From: Bdellovibrionales bacterium | Lineage (GTDB): Bacteria > Bdellovibrionota > Bdellovibrionia > Bdellovibrionales > UBA1609 | Direction: 5' to 3' | Length of the DNA: 56,110 nt | Assembly (NCBI GenBank): GCA_023299885.1 | Contig: JALZUS010000055.1 | Span: 1 to 56,110 of the forward strand | Shown: positions 54,849 to 56,110 of the stretch, piece by piece | Numbering within the stretch: the first letter of the stretch is position 1 | How the letters are laid out: each line of letters starts with the position of its first letter | Position numbers and translations under genes: made by a program | The notes under the pieces: generated by a model | Databases searched by the model: none | Told to the model about the DNA's origin: nothing | Seen by the model: only the letters and a program-made list of their open reading frames with translations

Positions 54849-55799
54849 TTATTGAACCTCCACTTTAAAAACAACTTGTACTGTTTGCGGGGCATTTAAA
54901 TTTCCTAAATTAATTTTCACTTTGCTGCCATCAAATTCACCAGCATCTGCATCCGCGGCATCAGTCATTGCCGTTGCTTCAAAAACTAAAGAGCCAGGCA
55001 CGTAAGTTGTGCCCGCGGGGATAGCGTCCTCTAAAGTAGAAGCGCTATAAACACCTGTTCCTGTAATTTCCACAGCCAAAGAGTATGTGATGATTGAACC
55101 CTTAGTTGCCTGGGCCCCACCTGTTGGACTTATTATTGATTGCGATTTTTTAACCTCTATAGTCATACTCGACACAAAGTAGAAACTAATAGATTCAGCA
55201 AAACCACCAGAAGCACCTAGTACCGCATCTATCCCATCGTCTCCAGCTCCAGGAAAAAGCGTCCCCATAAGCCCAGTGCCTACAGAAGATGTAGCACTGA
55301 TTGTTAAATTAGCTTTATCATCTTGAGCAAGGCCGCCTGGTAAATCAGAAACTATAAAAACCTCTATATCTCCACCCAAGGGAAGCTCTGGGTCATTAAC
55401 ACCAGGAGAGTAAATCTCGTCGACAGTAACATCAAACAAACCATCCCCATCTTTATCTAAATAAATTTTGGGATTAATGGCATTAAAATCATCAGCAGTA
55501 TCTTGGCTTAGTGACAACAGGTATTTGTCTGTTCCGTTGCCTGTATTTTTTAAGGTAAAGCTTAATACTTCATTTAAACCAGGACTGGTTCCCTGCACAC
55601 CATTAGAGTGATTAGTTATAATGCTATGGTCTACTATTTCCAAAACATTAAACGAAACAATATTAGAAAGCGCTGTTACTTCTTTGCCCGCTTCAAGGTA
55701 GGTTACTGACGCTTGGTTTTCTATAAGTGTGTTAGCTGGCGACAAAGCTATAGCTTTATTTGTAAAAAAAATTAAAAAAATAATTAAAAATTTATTCAA
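54849..55799 (-). CDS. Secreted DUF11-like two-domain protein (316 aa), first gene of the operon
   Basis: The TTG start is preceded by a GAGGAAAG Shine-Dalgarno. Signal peptide present. Motifs: LIENQASVTY, LSFTLKNTGNGTDKYLLSL and GSIITYSLAVEITG...LEDAIPAGTTYVPGS. Confidence 0.7.
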   Translation of the reverse strand: MNKFLIIFLIFFTNKAIALSPANTLIENQASVTYLEAGKEVTALSNIVSFNVLEIVDHSIITNHSNGVQGTSPGLNEVLSFTLKNTGNGTDKYLLSLSQDTADDFNAINPKIYLDKDGDGLFDVTVDEIYSPGVNDPELPLGGDIEVFIVSDLPGGLAQDDKANLTISATSSVGTGLMGTLFPGAGDDGIDAVLGASGGFAESISFYFVSSMTIEVKKSQSIISPTGGAQATKGSIITYSLAVEITGTGVYSASTLEDAIPAGTTYVPGSLVFEATAMTDAADADAGEFDGSKVKINLGNLNAPQTVQVVFKVEVQ

Positions 55800-56110
55800 A
55801 ACTTTCCTCTAACGTACAGCCATGCAATGGACTTAATATTTTATTTTCTTAAGGCTTGGGGTTCAAACAACACCCCTCGTTTCTAAGACCCCAAAGTAAG
55901 GATTTTCGGTTAACCTTAATTTAAAATATCCCTAACCATTTCAGTACTTTATCGGAAGTTTTAACAGAATTCCTAAGAGGAAAATGAGGCCCAAACTACA
56001 CCATGTCAAAGCTAACATGATCGATTTGAGGATTTTTAGCTCTATTTTAAGAATTTTAGGTGGTTTTATAGATTTTTAAGATTGAGCTTTAAAGTTTTTT
56101 GCAAAAAACT

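Noticed and set aside
1-56110. CRISPR arrays, rRNA genes, IS elements, prophage or known defence-system genes
   Set aside because: Reading both strands showed no regularly spaced short repeats. I also saw no rRNA-like conserved stretches and no transposase, integrase, nuclease-helicase or methyltransferase-restriction signatures. A profile search would be needed to exclude divergent defence genes among the orphans.
55800-56110. Short GGGG/CCCC hairpins upstream of the DUF11 operon (about 55855-55897)
   Set aside because: The stems are only 5-7 bp with competing alternative pairings and no recognisable riboswitch or attenuator architecture. This region is probably just the promoter and leader.

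Overview
AT-rich 56.1-kb chromosomal window. It holds about 55 protein genes and one tRNA-Arg(UCG). I saw no rRNA, CRISPR array, transposase or integrase. All homology calls are by-eye motif recognition on the supplied ORF translations and the DNA; nothing was searched or computed. Housekeeping genes were recognised by diagnostic motifs: ssb, Sua5/TsaC, ETF-ubiquinone oxidoreductase, pdxH, RNase Y, thiolase, proline iminopeptidase, queF, SpoU/TrmH methyltransferase, speE, CinA-like, ABC1/UbiB kinase and a CPA2 antiporter with CBS domains. They are interleaved with many signal-peptide or lipoprotein genes of unknown function and with secreted hydrolases: a trypsin-like protease, a NodB-type deacetylase and two SleB/CwlJ-like cell-wall hydrolases. 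The gene content (RNase Y in a diderm, a TIGR02147/DUF4423-like paralog, heavy secreted-hydrolase load, low GC) suggests a Bdellovibrio-and-like predatory bacterium, possibly a marine Bacteriovoracaceae relative. That assignment is inference only. Main candidates for something new: (1) A tightly coupled five-gene minus-strand operon (44920-55799) of DUF11/Ig-like-repeat secreted proteins. It is built around a ~1768-aa protein with an N-terminal passenger and a very large C-terminal beta-barrel-like region. Four of its products share an orphan N-terminal strand motif. I saw no known chaperone, usher or sortase, so this may be an undescribed surface-fibre or adhesin assembly system. (2) A tandemly duplicated two-gene module (38837-42713) pairing a secreted Cys-rich SleB-like hydrolase with a small secreted 4-Cys partner, which looks like an effector/immunity arrangement. 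(3) A conservon-like signalling locus (25868-30798) combining a Rab-like GTPase that lacks the catalytic Gln, a tail-anchored Roadblock-like protein, a coiled-coil protein, a sensor-less hybrid kinase, an Hpt protein and two response regulators. (4) A 3.7-kb islet (5637-9599) bracketed by ~130-nt direct repeats derived from the 3' end of a now-degraded M24 peptidase gene. (5) A eukaryote-type (class 2) S-adenosylmethionine decarboxylase coupled to speE. (6) A possible GP42/Pep-13-type transglutaminase homologue.
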